From an uncultured Oxalobacteraceae bacterium (lineage in GTDB: Bacteria > Pseudomonadota > Gammaproteobacteria > Burkholderiales > Burkholderiaceae_D), in assembly GCA_903862415.1 (NCBI GenBank), contig CAIOYD010000077.1, positions 60,454 through 124,453 on the forward strand: a stretch of 64,000 nucleotides of DNA, read 5' to 3'. Position numbers and translations under genes: made by a program. Below the pieces are notes generated by a model. It was not told the DNA's origin. It searched no databases and worked only from the letters and a program-made list of their open reading frames with translations. Positions 45,930-56,525 of this stretch are shown one piece after another. The stretch's first letter is position 1, and each line of letters begins with the position of its first letter.

Positions 45930-46591
45930 AAACGCCTCCGACACCTGCCAGCGTGCGACTTCAGCGCGGCTTTACCCTGATCGAAATCTCCATCGTACTG
46001 GCCATTATCGGGGCGATTTTTTACAGCATTCTCAAGAGCCAGGCGATATTGAGCGACGCCAGAGCCAAGGATGTGATTGCCAAAATTAATGATTTGCGTA
46101 CCGCCACCACCTACTTTAAACAGCGCTATGGTTATCTGCCGGGTGATCTGCCCAATCCGGCAGGGTATATCACGGTGGTTCCCGCGCTCGTAGCCGGTAC
46201 CGGCGGCAATATCGGCAATGGTTCCATCGATGGTGTGGTCAGCGCTGCCGGTGTGGCCACGGCCGGCACCAAAGCGGCTCAGGCACCGTGGCAACTGTAT
46301 AACGCTGGGTTTATCGGTGCCGTCGACAGCGGCAATCCGACGCATTATCTCAATACCACCTATGGTCCGATTCAACTGGTGTCGAGCGCCACTGCCACCA
46401 CGCTGGTCGCCGGTTTCGCGGCCAATAACCGGGCTGCACGCAATGCCATCCTGTTTTTCAATCTGCCCTGTGATGTCGCCACCGAAGTCGATACCCGTCT
46501 TGACGATGGCAAAACCACCACCGGCTCCGCTCAGGGCAGCGCTGCCTGTACCGGCACCAACGTGTTGCCGGTGTATGCCGTGCCTTTATAA
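45926..46591 (+). CDS. Prepilin-type N-terminal cleavage/methylation domain protein (minor pilin)
   Basis: It has LQRGFTLIEISIVLAIIGAIF. Its ATG overlaps the upstream stop (ATGA). Confidence 0.75.
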   Translation: MKTPPTPASVRLQRGFTLIEISIVLAIIGAIFYSILKSQAILSDARAKDVIAKINDLRTATTYFKQRYGYLPGDLPNPAGYITVVPALVAGTGGNIGNGSIDGVVSAAGVATAGTKAAQAPWQLYNAGFIGAVDSGNPTHYLNTTYGPIQLVSSATATTLVAGFAANNRAARNAILFFNLPCDVATEVDTRLDDGKTTTGSAQGSAACTGTNVLPVYAVPL

Positions 46592-46594
46592 TTT

Positions 46595-47362
46595 ATGCTG
46601 AACCAGATCCGCACCATTGCGCACTACACCCTGCTGGAAGCCTTACGCAACCGCCTGAGCTGGCTGTTTGCCGTGGTGCTGTTGGCGGGCATTGCCGTCA
46701 GTGGCTTTTTGAATGAACTGGCGCTGACCGAAAAACTGCAAATCCAACTGGTGTTGCTGTCATCGCTGTTGCGCCTTGCGGTGATCTTTTTGCTCGCCAC
46801 CTTTGTCGTGACCAGCATGGTGCGTGAATTCAATGACAAAGGTTTGCAACTGTTGTTGTCACTGCCGCTGCCACGCGCGGGTTATCTGCTGGGCAAAATG
46901 ACGGGCTTCGCCATCCTGGCCATGATACCGGCGCTGCTGTCGGGTCTGTTGACCGGCTTGCTGGCGGCACCGCTGCAAAGTTTGCTGTGGACGCTTTCTC
47001 TGATGGCAGAATGCTGGATTATTGCCGCCTTCAGTATGTTGTGTGTGCTGACGTTCAACCAGATCATGCCGGCGCTGTCTGCGGTGATGGGTTTTTATCT
47101 GCTCGGGCGCTCCATCAGTACGCTGCAACTGATCGGCAACCAGCCGTTGGCCGAACACACGTTTGCCCAGCGTCTGATCAGTTTCATGCTCGATACCCTG
47201 TCGGCAGTGTTGCCGCATCTGGATACGTTTACCCGCAGTGAATGGCTGGTGTACCAAACCGGCAGCTGGCTGCAACTGGCACAGCTGGGCGGGCAAAGCG
47301 TGATTTATCTGGCGTTGCTCTCGGGTGCTGCGCTGTTTGATCTGTACCGTAAAAATATTTAA
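46595..47362 (+). CDS. ABC-2 family transporter permease (NosY-like)
   Basis: It has the N-terminus IRTIAHYTLLEALRNRLSWLF and about six TM segments. It is the likely partner of the ATPase at 33866. Confidence 0.65.
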   Translation: MLNQIRTIAHYTLLEALRNRLSWLFAVVLLAGIAVSGFLNELALTEKLQIQLVLLSSLLRLAVIFLLATFVVTSMVREFNDKGLQLLLSLPLPRAGYLLGKMTGFAILAMIPALLSGLLTGLLAAPLQSLLWTLSLMAECWIIAAFSMLCVLTFNQIMPALSAVMGFYLLGRSISTLQLIGNQPLAEHTFAQRLISFMLDTLSAVLPHLDTFTRSEWLVYQTGSWLQLAQLGGQSVIYLALLSGAALFDLYRKNI

Positions 47363-47364
47363 CC

Positions 47365-48072
47365 ATGCGTGAACGTCCTCTGTCTGCCGTTCCCCGCCCT
47401 GCGCTGCTGTTGCTGGCGCTGGGGTTTTGCGCCCAGCTGCTGTGGCATTTCAGCCATCCGGATGCCCCGCCACGGGCGGAAAATCTGCCACCGGCACCCT
47501 CGCTGACGGCACTGCAACTGGCCAGTCTGGGTGAACCGGTAGCGCTGTCCAAATTATTACTGCTGTATATCCAGGGGTTCGATGATCAGCCCGGTGTGCA
47601 AACGCCTTTTCGCCAGCTCGATTTTCATCAGGTAGAAAACTGGCTGGCCGTGACCCTGCAACTCGATCCGCGCTCACAGTATCCGCTGTATCTGGCCAGC
47701 CACGTGTACAGCGAAGTCGGTGATCCGGTCAAACAGCGGATTATGTTTGCTTTCGTCTACCGCCAATTTTTTGCTGACCCCAACGCGCGCTGGGAATCAC
47801 TGGCCAATGCCGCCATCATGACTCGTCACCACCTGCAGGATTTACCACTGGCGCAACAGTATGCCGAAGCAATCCGCCTGCACACCAGCGCAGCAGCTGC
47901 GCCGGACTGGGCCAGACAGATGGATATTTTTATGCTCGAAGACTTGCACCACTATGACCGGGCGCTGCAACTGCTCGATGCAGTGTTGGCGGACGATCAG
48001 ATAAACAATGTCAACGAACGGGATTTTCTGTTATCCCGGCGTGCGCAGATTGTGGCCAAAATCGGGCATTAA
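47365..48072 (+). CDS. Hypothetical membrane-anchored helical-repeat protein
   Basis: It is 235 aa with the N-terminal TM ALLLLALGFCAQLLW and helical, TPR-like content. It abuts the permease gene. I recognise no family. Confidence 0.4.
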   Translation: MRERPLSAVPRPALLLLALGFCAQLLWHFSHPDAPPRAENLPPAPSLTALQLASLGEPVALSKLLLLYIQGFDDQPGVQTPFRQLDFHQVENWLAVTLQLDPRSQYPLYLASHVYSEVGDPVKQRIMFAFVYRQFFADPNARWESLANAAIMTRHHLQDLPLAQQYAEAIRLHTSAAAAPDWARQMDIFMLEDLHHYDRALQLLDAVLADDQINNVNERDFLLSRRAQIVAKIGH

Positions 48073-48232
48073 CAAAAAAAAATGCCGATCTTGACACAAG
48101 ATTATTGCAATATCGAAACAGTTCACGTATAAATCAACTATCTATTCTTGCTGAAGCTAAATTAATTACTGAATTAACATTTAATTGCGACAGCTATTTC
48201 CACAGCAATCAACCATATTTTCCGGAGCGCAT

Positions 48233-48907
48233 ATGACTTTTCCCAAATCCAAACAATCAGGTTTCACACTGGTCGAAATCGCCATTGTGCTCGTTATTAT
48301 CGGCATCTTGCTCGCTGGCGTGTTAAAAGGTCAGTCGCTGATCAATAACAGCCGTATCAAGGGCCTGGTCAGCAATATGGATGGCGTCTCGGCGGCCTAC
48401 AATGGTTACGTGGATCGTTATCAGGTGCAACCCGGAACTGAGACTCTGGCAACTACTGCAGCACGTGGTTGGGCAACCACAGTACCGGGTTCATCACCAC
48501 TGCCACTGAGTGCAGCTACCCTGCCACCAGCCTCGACCTTTGCTACGGTTACCGCTCAAACAGCGTTCTGGCAGGTATTGAAAGCGTCCGGCTTCTTTGT
48601 CGGCAATGCCAACGACACCACTAACCCGTTATCCTCCAACGGTGGCCTGATCGGCGTGACCTTCAATCCGTATACGGGTGTTGCCGGGGTTTCCGTTTGT
48701 TTGTCTGGCATGCCAGCACTGCAGGCTGCCGGTGTGGATGCGATTGTTGATGGCCCGCTGCCAGCAAACAATGTCGGTGGCAATATCGGCACGCTGCGTG
48801 GTGCTGCGAATGCAGTTGCACCTCTGGCACCTACCGGTGCTGGCGGTTCAGGCGCTGCATATAACGAAGCCACTAACTTGCTGTGGACTCTGTGCCGCGC
48901 AATTTAA
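48233..48907 (+). CDS. Major pilin / pseudopilin (prepilin-type, MshA-like)
   Basis: GGAG lies 7 nt upstream of the ATG. The leader is MTFPKSKQSGFTLVEIAIVLVIIGILLAGVLKGQSLI. A C-terminal Cys pair is present (VCLSG...LCRAI). It is the terminal gene and is followed by a hairpin. Confidence 0.8.
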   Translation: MTFPKSKQSGFTLVEIAIVLVIIGILLAGVLKGQSLINNSRIKGLVSNMDGVSAAYNGYVDRYQVQPGTETLATTAARGWATTVPGSSPLPLSAATLPPASTFATVTAQTAFWQVLKASGFFVGNANDTTNPLSSNGGLIGVTFNPYTGVAGVSVCLSGMPALQAAGVDAIVDGPLPANNVGGNIGTLRGAANAVAPLAPTGAGGSGAAYNEATNLLWTLCRAI

Positions 48908-48920
48908 GTTGAACTTTACC

Positions 48921-48982
48921 GTAATGCGGCTGCGGTCGCATTACTAGTGGTGTATTACGCCCTTCGGGCTAATACACCCTAC
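48921..48982. repeat. Hairpin (GTAATGCG/CGCATTAC) plus REP-like element copy 2, between convergent genes
   Basis: Positions 48921-48944 form an 8-bp stem. Positions 48945-48982 read TAGTGGTGTATTACGCCCTTCGGGCTAATACACCCTAC. Confidence 0.75.
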
Positions 48983-48992
48983 CTAACCCTGC

Positions 48993-50981
48993 CTAACTCT
49001 GCGCACCCGGTGTAATCACCCCCAACAGCTGCCGCACTTTGACCTGCAAACCGGGTTGACAATGTACTGCTTCCACGGTGCCATCAACGGCGCTGACAAT
49101 GGCAAATTCCATCTTCATGGCTTCGAGTAACGCCAACCTCTGTCCCTTGACCACCACATCACCCGCTTTGACCAGCAAGGCCATAATTTTGCCATCCATC
49201 GGCGCACATACACGACCATCGCTGCCGGGCACCGTTTTTTCCGCTGCTGCAAGGGTCAGATCAGCATAACACTGAGTCAGACCGTCCCGGTACAGCCACA
49301 GTACACCTTGCGTACAGGCCCAGTGCGCTGAACAGGTCACGCCATCTACCTGATGGTGCACCAGTCCGTCTTGATTCTGTGTCAACTTAATGCGCACACC
49401 GCCCTGCGGAGTTGCTACCTCATAGTCATCTGCACCCAGTGGCAGGAGGGACAGCGTCGCCGTTGAACCTGCAACCTGCAGCTTCAACACCACCTGCGCC
49501 GGAGCAGAACTTTGCCAGCCCATCAAGTCGTCGGCCAGAGCGGCATCAGCACGCAATTGTTGTGCACTGTGCTGATACAGCAAACAGGCAGCCAGCGCCA
49601 GATGGGCGGAGTCGGGTTGACGTGCTGCGGCCAGTTGTGCGCTCGAAAACTGTTCGGCGATAAAGCCGGTAGAAAAGTTGCCTTGTGTAAATTGCGGATG
49701 CAACAGTAACTGGCGTAAAAAATCGCGGTTGCTGGTCACGCCCAGCAAGACGGTGTCATCCAGCATGCGTAACAATTGCCGCCGAGCCTGTTCGCGGGTT
49801 TCGCCCCAGGCGATGAGTTTGGCCTGCATGGAATCATAAAATGGCGTGATGGCCGCGCCTTCGGTCAGGCCGTGATCGACCCGTCCGGCAGCTGGTCTCC
49901 AGGCCAGCAGCGTGCCAGTCTGGGGTAAAAACTGCTGTCCGGTATCTTCGGTACACAAACGTACTTCCATGGCCCAGCCGCGCCGACGGGCCAAAATCTG
50001 TTCCTGCGACCACGGCAGGTGTTCACCCTGAGCCACGCGCAATTGCCATTCGACCAGATCAACGTCATACACCAGTTCGGTGACCGGATGCTCCACCTGC
50101 AAACGGGTATTCATTTCCAGAAAATAGAATTCACCCGTGTCAGCGAGCATAAATTCCACCGTCCCGGCACCGACATAATCCACCGCCCGCGCCGCTGCCA
50201 CTGCGGCAGCACCCATGGCAGCACGGAGTGTTTCATTGACCGCCGGGCTGGGGGCTTCTTCGATGACTTTTTGATTGCGCCGCTGAATCGAACAGTCGCG
50301 CTCACCGAAATGCACTACCTGACCATGGCGATCGGCAAAGATTTGAATTTCCACATGCCGCGCCTGCAGCACGGCTTTTTCCAGCAACAACTGACCATCG
50401 CCAAACGCATGCAGCGCTTCGCTGCGTGCCGAGGCCAGTTGTTGCGCCAAGTCGTCTGCCTGCAGCATCAGTCGCATACCGCGTCCGCCACCACCGGCGG
50501 CAGCCTTGATCATGAGTGGATAGCCGATCGCGGCCGCTTCGGCCAGCAGCACGGCGTCTGATTGATCCTGGCCCTGATAACCGGGTATGCAAGGCACACC
50601 GGCGGCGAGCATGCGCTGTTTGGCGGCACTTTTATTGCCCATGGCCGCCATGGCGGCTGGGTCGGGGCCGATAAAAATCAGCCCGGCAGCTTGCACCGCA
50701 CTGGCAAAATCGGCCCGTTCGGATAAAAAACCATAACCGGGATGAATTGCTCCGGCACCGCTGGCAATGGCAGCCGCAATCAGTTTGTCGATATGCAGAT
50801 ACGAGTCTTGCACTGCGGAGCCGCCGATGGCCACAGCCTGATCGGCCAGGCGCACATGCAGTGCATGGGCATCCGCGTCGGAATACACTGCCACGGTCTG
50901 ATAGCCCATTTTCTGGCAGCCGCGAATGATACGGACAGCGATTTCACCGCGATTGGCAATGAGTACTTTGGTAAACAACAT
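48993..50981 (-). CDS. liuD: 3-methylcrotonyl-CoA carboxylase alpha (biotin carboxylase + BCCP) subunit
   Basis: It has the biotin carboxylase N-terminus MLFTKVLIANRGEIAVRIIR and the C-terminal biotinylation motif LEAMKME. It lies in a liuABCD-ordered cluster. Confidence 0.85.
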   Translation of the reverse strand: MLFTKVLIANRGEIAVRIIRGCQKMGYQTVAVYSDADAHALHVRLADQAVAIGGSAVQDSYLHIDKLIAAAIASGAGAIHPGYGFLSERADFASAVQAAGLIFIGPDPAAMAAMGNKSAAKQRMLAAGVPCIPGYQGQDQSDAVLLAEAAAIGYPLMIKAAAGGGGRGMRLMLQADDLAQQLASARSEALHAFGDGQLLLEKAVLQARHVEIQIFADRHGQVVHFGERDCSIQRRNQKVIEEAPSPAVNETLRAAMGAAAVAAARAVDYVGAGTVEFMLADTGEFYFLEMNTRLQVEHPVTELVYDVDLVEWQLRVAQGEHLPWSQEQILARRRGWAMEVRLCTEDTGQQFLPQTGTLLAWRPAAGRVDHGLTEGAAITPFYDSMQAKLIAWGETREQARRQLLRMLDDTVLLGVTSNRDFLRQLLLHPQFTQGNFSTGFIAEQFSSAQLAAARQPDSAHLALAACLLYQHSAQQLRADAALADDLMGWQSSAPAQVVLKLQVAGSTATLSLLPLGADDYEVATPQGGVRIKLTQNQDGLVHHQVDGVTCSAHWACTQGVLWLYRDGLTQCYADLTLAAAEKTVPGSDGRVCAPMDGKIMALLVKAGDVVVKGQRLALLEAMKMEFAIVSAVDGTVEAVHCQPGLQVKVRQLLGVITPGAQS

Positions 50982-50983
50982 CG

Positions 50984-51796
50984 TCAGACTCCCTGTGCCC
51001 AGAGTGGCAAGCGTTTTTCGATAAAGGCGCGCGTGCCTTCGGCGGCCTCTTCACTTTGCAGCGCGGCAGAAAACTGCAGCGCCGCGTTATCCAGAATGGC
51101 ACTTAATGGTTGTTGACCGACGGCCGCCAATACCTGTTTGGTGGCTGCCAGCGCGGCAGGTGCGCCACGCAATAACTGCTGCACTGTCTGAGCCAGACGC
51201 TGTTCGAGCGCGGCGCTGTCGGCTTCAACAAAATGCGCCACACCCAGACGCACAGCTTCATGGCCATCAAAGCGGCTGCCACACAGGGCCAGACGACGCG
51301 CCTGTGACAGGCCGCAGCGCTGCACCACAAACGGTGCGATCTGGGCCGGAAAAATCCCCAGCCCGACTTCCGGCATGCCAAAGTTGCTGTCCTGATGGGC
51401 GATGCTCACATCGGCCACACAGGCCAGTCCCAACCCACCGCCCAGCACAGCGCCTTCGAGCACGGCGATGCTGGGTTGTGGCAAAGCACTGAGGGCTTCG
51501 AGCATGGCGCCGAAACGGCGGTTAAACTGGGCGATCAGATCTTCACCTGCCTGTGCTGGCTGGCGGCGCAAGCGGGCAAAATCCTGAATATCGCCACCGG
51601 CACAAAAATGCCCGGCCGTGCCGCGCAGCACCAGCACGCGCACTGTGTTGTTGTCAGCAAGCGCAGTGAAGATGTTCAGTAATTCATTGAGCATGGTTTC
51701 ATTCATGGCATTGCGTTCGGCCGGACGATGCAGTGTCAGCGTCAGCACACCGGCAACCAGGTCGGTGCGCAGGGTAGTCAAATCAGAAAAAATCAT
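50984..51796 (-). CDS. liuC: Enoyl-CoA hydratase family (methylglutaconyl-CoA hydratase by context)
   Basis: It has the crotonase fold (FCAGGDI, GGGLGLACVAD). It sits between the carboxylase subunits. Confidence 0.75.
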   Translation of the reverse strand: MIFSDLTTLRTDLVAGVLTLTLHRPAERNAMNETMLNELLNIFTALADNNTVRVLVLRGTAGHFCAGGDIQDFARLRRQPAQAGEDLIAQFNRRFGAMLEALSALPQPSIAVLEGAVLGGGLGLACVADVSIAHQDSNFGMPEVGLGIFPAQIAPFVVQRCGLSQARRLALCGSRFDGHEAVRLGVAHFVEADSAALEQRLAQTVQQLLRGAPAALAATKQVLAAVGQQPLSAILDNAALQFSAALQSEEAAEGTRAFIEKRLPLWAQGV

Positions 51797-51811
51797 GACA
51801 GTGCTTTCAGG

Positions 51812-53437
51812 TTAAAAGCGCGCCACGCCATAGCTGTTGGGCTTGAGCGGACGTTGTTGGGCTTCGCGGCAAATCGACAGCGTGAAGGCCAGTACCCGGC
51901 GGGTATCGCGCGGATCAATGAGGCCATCGTCGTACAGTCTGGCGGTGCCGGTCAGCGGGTGCGAATCGTGATCAAACTGGCGGATAATGCCGGCTTCGGT
52001 GGCAGCCATCTGAGCCTGTTCCTGCTCGCTGGGTTCACGACCGAGCTTGAGCAGTTTTTCACGCGTGACGATGGACAGCACTTTGGCTGCCTGCTCACCT
52101 CCCATGACAGCGGTGCGCGCATTGGGCCAGGCAAAAATAAAATCGGGTTTGAAACCGCGACCGGACATGCCGTAATTACCGGCGCCAAAGGAAGCTCCGA
52201 GCACCACGGTAATCCGTGGCACGCTGGCATTGGCCACGGCCTGAATCAGTTTACTGCCATGTTTGACGATACCGCCCTGCTCGCTTTCGGTACCGACCAT
52301 GAAGCCGGTGGTGTTCATTAAAAAGATCAGCGGGATATCGGCCTGATCGCAGAGTTGAATAAACTGCGCGGCCTTGGTGGCACCGTGCACGGTGATCGGG
52401 CCGTTATTGGAAATGATCCCCACCTGCATACCGTGGATGCTGGCGCGACCACACAGGGTCTGGGCATCGTACTCACTTTTGAATTCCAGATACTGACTGC
52501 CATCGACCAGACGGGCAATGACTTCGCGGCTATCATATGGCTGACGAAAATCGACCGGCACCACGCCACATAATTCGTCGGTGGCAAACAGCGGCGGTGG
52601 CACTTCGGGCAACGTCACTGCCGGACGGTGTTTATTCCAGTCCAGACTGTGAACGATTTCGCGCGCAATCCGGATACCGTCGGCGTCATCTTCGGCCACA
52701 AACTCGGCCGTGCCGGAGACCTGGGCGTGCATTTGTGCACCGCCAAGCTCTTCTTCACCGGCGACTTCACCGGTGGCAGCCATCAGCAAAGGTGGACCGG
52801 CCAGAAATACTTTGGCGCGCTTACGCACCATCACCACATAATCCGATAATCCCGGCAGATAGGCACCACCGGCAGTGCTGGAGCCGTGTACCACGGTGAT
52901 TTGCGGAATACCGGCCGCAGATAGCTGTGCCTGATTATAAAAAATCGTCCCGCCATCGATAAAAATTTCTGCCTGATACATTAAGTTGGCACCACCCGAT
53001 TCAATCAACTGAATCATCGGCAATTTCTGTTGCAAGACAATTTCCTGTATCCGCAGATTTTTGCGCATGCCCCAGGGGGTGATGGTGCCGCCCTTGATGG
53101 CACTGTTCGAGGCCGTCAGCATCACGCGCACGCCAGAGACATAACCGATGCCGCAGATGCAGTTACCACCGGCGAGTGAACCGTCTTTGTCATCATGCTG
53201 CTGATACCCGGCCAGGGTGGATAATTCCAGAAACGGCGAACCACGGTCGAGCAACAGGTTGATGCGCTCGCGCGGGGTGAGTTGTCCACGGCGATGGAAC
53301 TCGGCACTTTTGGCGGCTTCCGTGGCACGAACTTTGTCTTCGACGGCACGGAATTCCTGCAGTGCTGCCAGCATGGCGAGACGGTTTTTTTCAAATGCTT
53401 CCGAGCTGCTGACGATGAGTGATTCAAGTGCAGCCAT
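51812..53437 (-). CDS. liuB: 3-methylcrotonyl-CoA carboxylase beta (carboxyltransferase) subunit
   Basis: It is a 541-aa carboxyltransferase (GQLTPRERINLLLDRGSPFLEL, duplicated crotonase-like domains). Confidence 0.85.
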   Translation of the reverse strand: MAALESLIVSSSEAFEKNRLAMLAALQEFRAVEDKVRATEAAKSAEFHRRGQLTPRERINLLLDRGSPFLELSTLAGYQQHDDKDGSLAGGNCICGIGYVSGVRVMLTASNSAIKGGTITPWGMRKNLRIQEIVLQQKLPMIQLIESGGANLMYQAEIFIDGGTIFYNQAQLSAAGIPQITVVHGSSTAGGAYLPGLSDYVVMVRKRAKVFLAGPPLLMAATGEVAGEEELGGAQMHAQVSGTAEFVAEDDADGIRIAREIVHSLDWNKHRPAVTLPEVPPPLFATDELCGVVPVDFRQPYDSREVIARLVDGSQYLEFKSEYDAQTLCGRASIHGMQVGIISNNGPITVHGATKAAQFIQLCDQADIPLIFLMNTTGFMVGTESEQGGIVKHGSKLIQAVANASVPRITVVLGASFGAGNYGMSGRGFKPDFIFAWPNARTAVMGGEQAAKVLSIVTREKLLKLGREPSEQEQAQMAATEAGIIRQFDHDSHPLTGTARLYDDGLIDPRDTRRVLAFTLSICREAQQRPLKPNSYGVARF

Positions 53438-53439
53438 GA

Positions 53440-54609
<1,170 letters not shown>

Positions 54610-54680
54610 GGGTGGACTCCAAGAGGTTAGACAAATGTGGGCTATATGTAATTCATTTAATTGGATTCATTGGCAGCATT

Positions 54681-54767
54681 GGTAGGGTGTATTAGCGCAG
54701 CGTAATACACCGAGCGTCAATTTTACGGACAGTGGTGTATTACGCCCTTTGGGCTAATACACCCTAC
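54681..54767. repeat. Two REP-like elements in opposite orientation (copies 3 and 4)
   Basis: Positions 54681-54711 read GGTAGGGTGTATTAGCGCAGCGTAATACACC. Positions 54730-54767 read CAGTGGTGTATTACGCCCTTTGGGCTAATACACCCTAC. Together they form a large composite palindrome. Confidence 0.8.
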
Positions 54768-54771
54768 ATGA

Positions 54772-55626
54772 CTACTGCAACATGGCCCTGGCCTGCTGCG
54801 GCGTGGCGATTTCCCGGCCGGTTTCGCGGGCCAGACTGACCAACGCTTCAATCAGCGGACCATTACCGCTGGTTTTGCTGCCGTCGGGTAGATAGAAGGT
54901 GTCTTCGACTCCGGTGCGCAGATTGCCACCGAGTTCGGCTACGCGGCGATGTACCGGCCAGACTTCTTCGCGCCCGATGACGATGCCCTGCCAATGAGCT
55001 CCGACCGGAATATATTTCATTAACACCGACAATAACTCAGCATCGGCCGGCATGCCGGAAGCCACGCCCATGACGAGCGAGACATGCAACGGATCACGCA
55101 ATAGCCCTACCGCTTTCAACATCGAAATCGAGCGCAGGATGCCGACGTCAAAACATTCGCATTCCGGAATAATGCCGTGCTTATCCATTACTGCCAGAAA
55201 GGCGGTGATTTTGTCGACCGGATTGTCAAACAGCATCGGCGGCCAGGCCCACTGATTTTTGGAAGTGGTTTTCAGATAATTCAGACTGCCGGCATTGAGT
55301 GCGGCCATTTCTGGCTGACAGCGTTCCAGACAGGCTACCGGTCCGGTGATATTGTTACCCACCACACCAGTGGAAAAATTCAAAATCACTCCCGGACAGG
55401 CTGCACGGATTGCCTCGGCAATTTCGGCCACAGCGTCCACTTCCCAGGTGGGTAAATGCCCCTTGCCGGCGGCCTGATTACGGAAATGCACGTGCATCAC
55501 CGAAGCACCGGCATTAAACGCATCGCGCGCCGAGGCCGCCATTTCCGCCGCTGTCACCGGAACCGGGTGCTGTTGCGGGTCAGTCAACACGCCCGTCAGA
55601 CTGCAGGTCACAATCGCTGTTTGCAT
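54772..55626 (-). CDS. BKACE family (3-keto-5-aminohexanoate cleavage enzyme-like, DUF849) protein
   Basis: The translation MQTAIVTCSLTGVLTDPQQHPVPVTAAEMAASARDAFNAGASVMHVHFRN...ILNFSTG matches the family N-terminal consensus. I chose the ATG at 55626. Confidence 0.75.
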   Translation of the reverse strand: MQTAIVTCSLTGVLTDPQQHPVPVTAAEMAASARDAFNAGASVMHVHFRNQAAGKGHLPTWEVDAVAEIAEAIRAACPGVILNFSTGVVGNNITGPVACLERCQPEMAALNAGSLNYLKTTSKNQWAWPPMLFDNPVDKITAFLAVMDKHGIIPECECFDVGILRSISMLKAVGLLRDPLHVSLVMGVASGMPADAELLSVLMKYIPVGAHWQGIVIGREEVWPVHRRVAELGGNLRTGVEDTFYLPDGSKTSGNGPLIEALVSLARETGREIATPQQARAMLQ

Positions 55627-55812
55627 GAATATTCTCTTTAATAAAGTACGGCACAGGTGAAAGATGAATCGATTATAAGCAGATTGAATCACACAGTCTA
55701 GACACTGTGTCCAATTTTTATTCTATAATACAAAAAAATGGACAGTAAGCCAGTTCATGTCCAGCAATCGCGGCAAAATAAGCCTTGAATAAACAACATA
55801 AGGAAGATACCC

Positions 55813-56433
55813 ATGCGCTCGGTAACCAGAAAAACCCCTGTCCATGACAGCAACAGCAAAACAGCTGACCTGGTTGTCACCACGTTAGAACATTTACTCA
55901 CCGAAGGTGAAAACTTTACTTCACTGAGTATAGAACAGCTGGCAAAAAAGTCCGGGATTGCGCGCGCCACCTTTTATCTGCATTTTCGCAACAAGGGCGA
56001 ATTGGTCGGGCATTTGATGAAGCGGGTAGGAAGAGAAATGCGCAGCGCCGCCAAAGCGTCCATGGCCGAACTGGCGCAACCGGAACGAAAGGATTTTTTG
56101 CGTTTCATGCAGCAGGCCATCGAAGTCAACTATCAACACCGCGCCGCTATCCGTGCCGTGCTGGAAACCATCAGCTACGATCCGGCGGTTGCACACATCT
56201 ATGCGGAATTTATGCAGCAAATGATAGGCGATACGCGCCACTTTATCGCGCGTTTGCAGGCCAGCGGCCGGGCCAGGACTGACATCGCGCCCGATATGGC
56301 CGAAGTCCTCACCTGGATGGCGGAACGCTGCTGCCACCAGATGCTCAGCAATGGCAACTCAGCCGCAGAGCGCGGGCATCTGGCCGAGATGCTCACACAC
56401 GTGGTCTGGAGTGCCATTGCTGCGCCCGCATGA
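55813..56433 (+). CDS. TetR family transcriptional regulator
   Basis: It has the N-terminal HTH SIEQLAKKSGIARATFYLHFRNKGELV. It is transcribed divergently from the BKACE gene. Confidence 0.85.
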   Translation: MRSVTRKTPVHDSNSKTADLVVTTLEHLLTEGENFTSLSIEQLAKKSGIARATFYLHFRNKGELVGHLMKRVGREMRSAAKASMAELAQPERKDFLRFMQQAIEVNYQHRAAIRAVLETISYDPAVAHIYAEFMQQMIGDTRHFIARLQASGRARTDIAPDMAEVLTWMAERCCHQMLSNGNSAAERGHLAEMLTHVVWSAIAAPA

Positions 56434-56525
56434 CTAATAAAAATAATTTTGCTGGAAAGTGAATTTTCAGCCGCATCAACGCTCTACTTCCGCTTACCTG
56501 TTTCAGGTTTTCAGGAGTAATATCC

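Noticed and set aside
48061-48120. A possible sigma70 promoter (TTGACA at 48091-48096) and hairpin (ATCGGGCATT...AATGCCGAT) in front of the major pilin gene.
   Set aside because: I could not find a -10 hexamer at acceptable spacing from the TTGACA. The hairpin has a bulge and an A-rich loop, so the evidence is too weak to annotate. The pilin may simply be co-transcribed or use another sigma factor.
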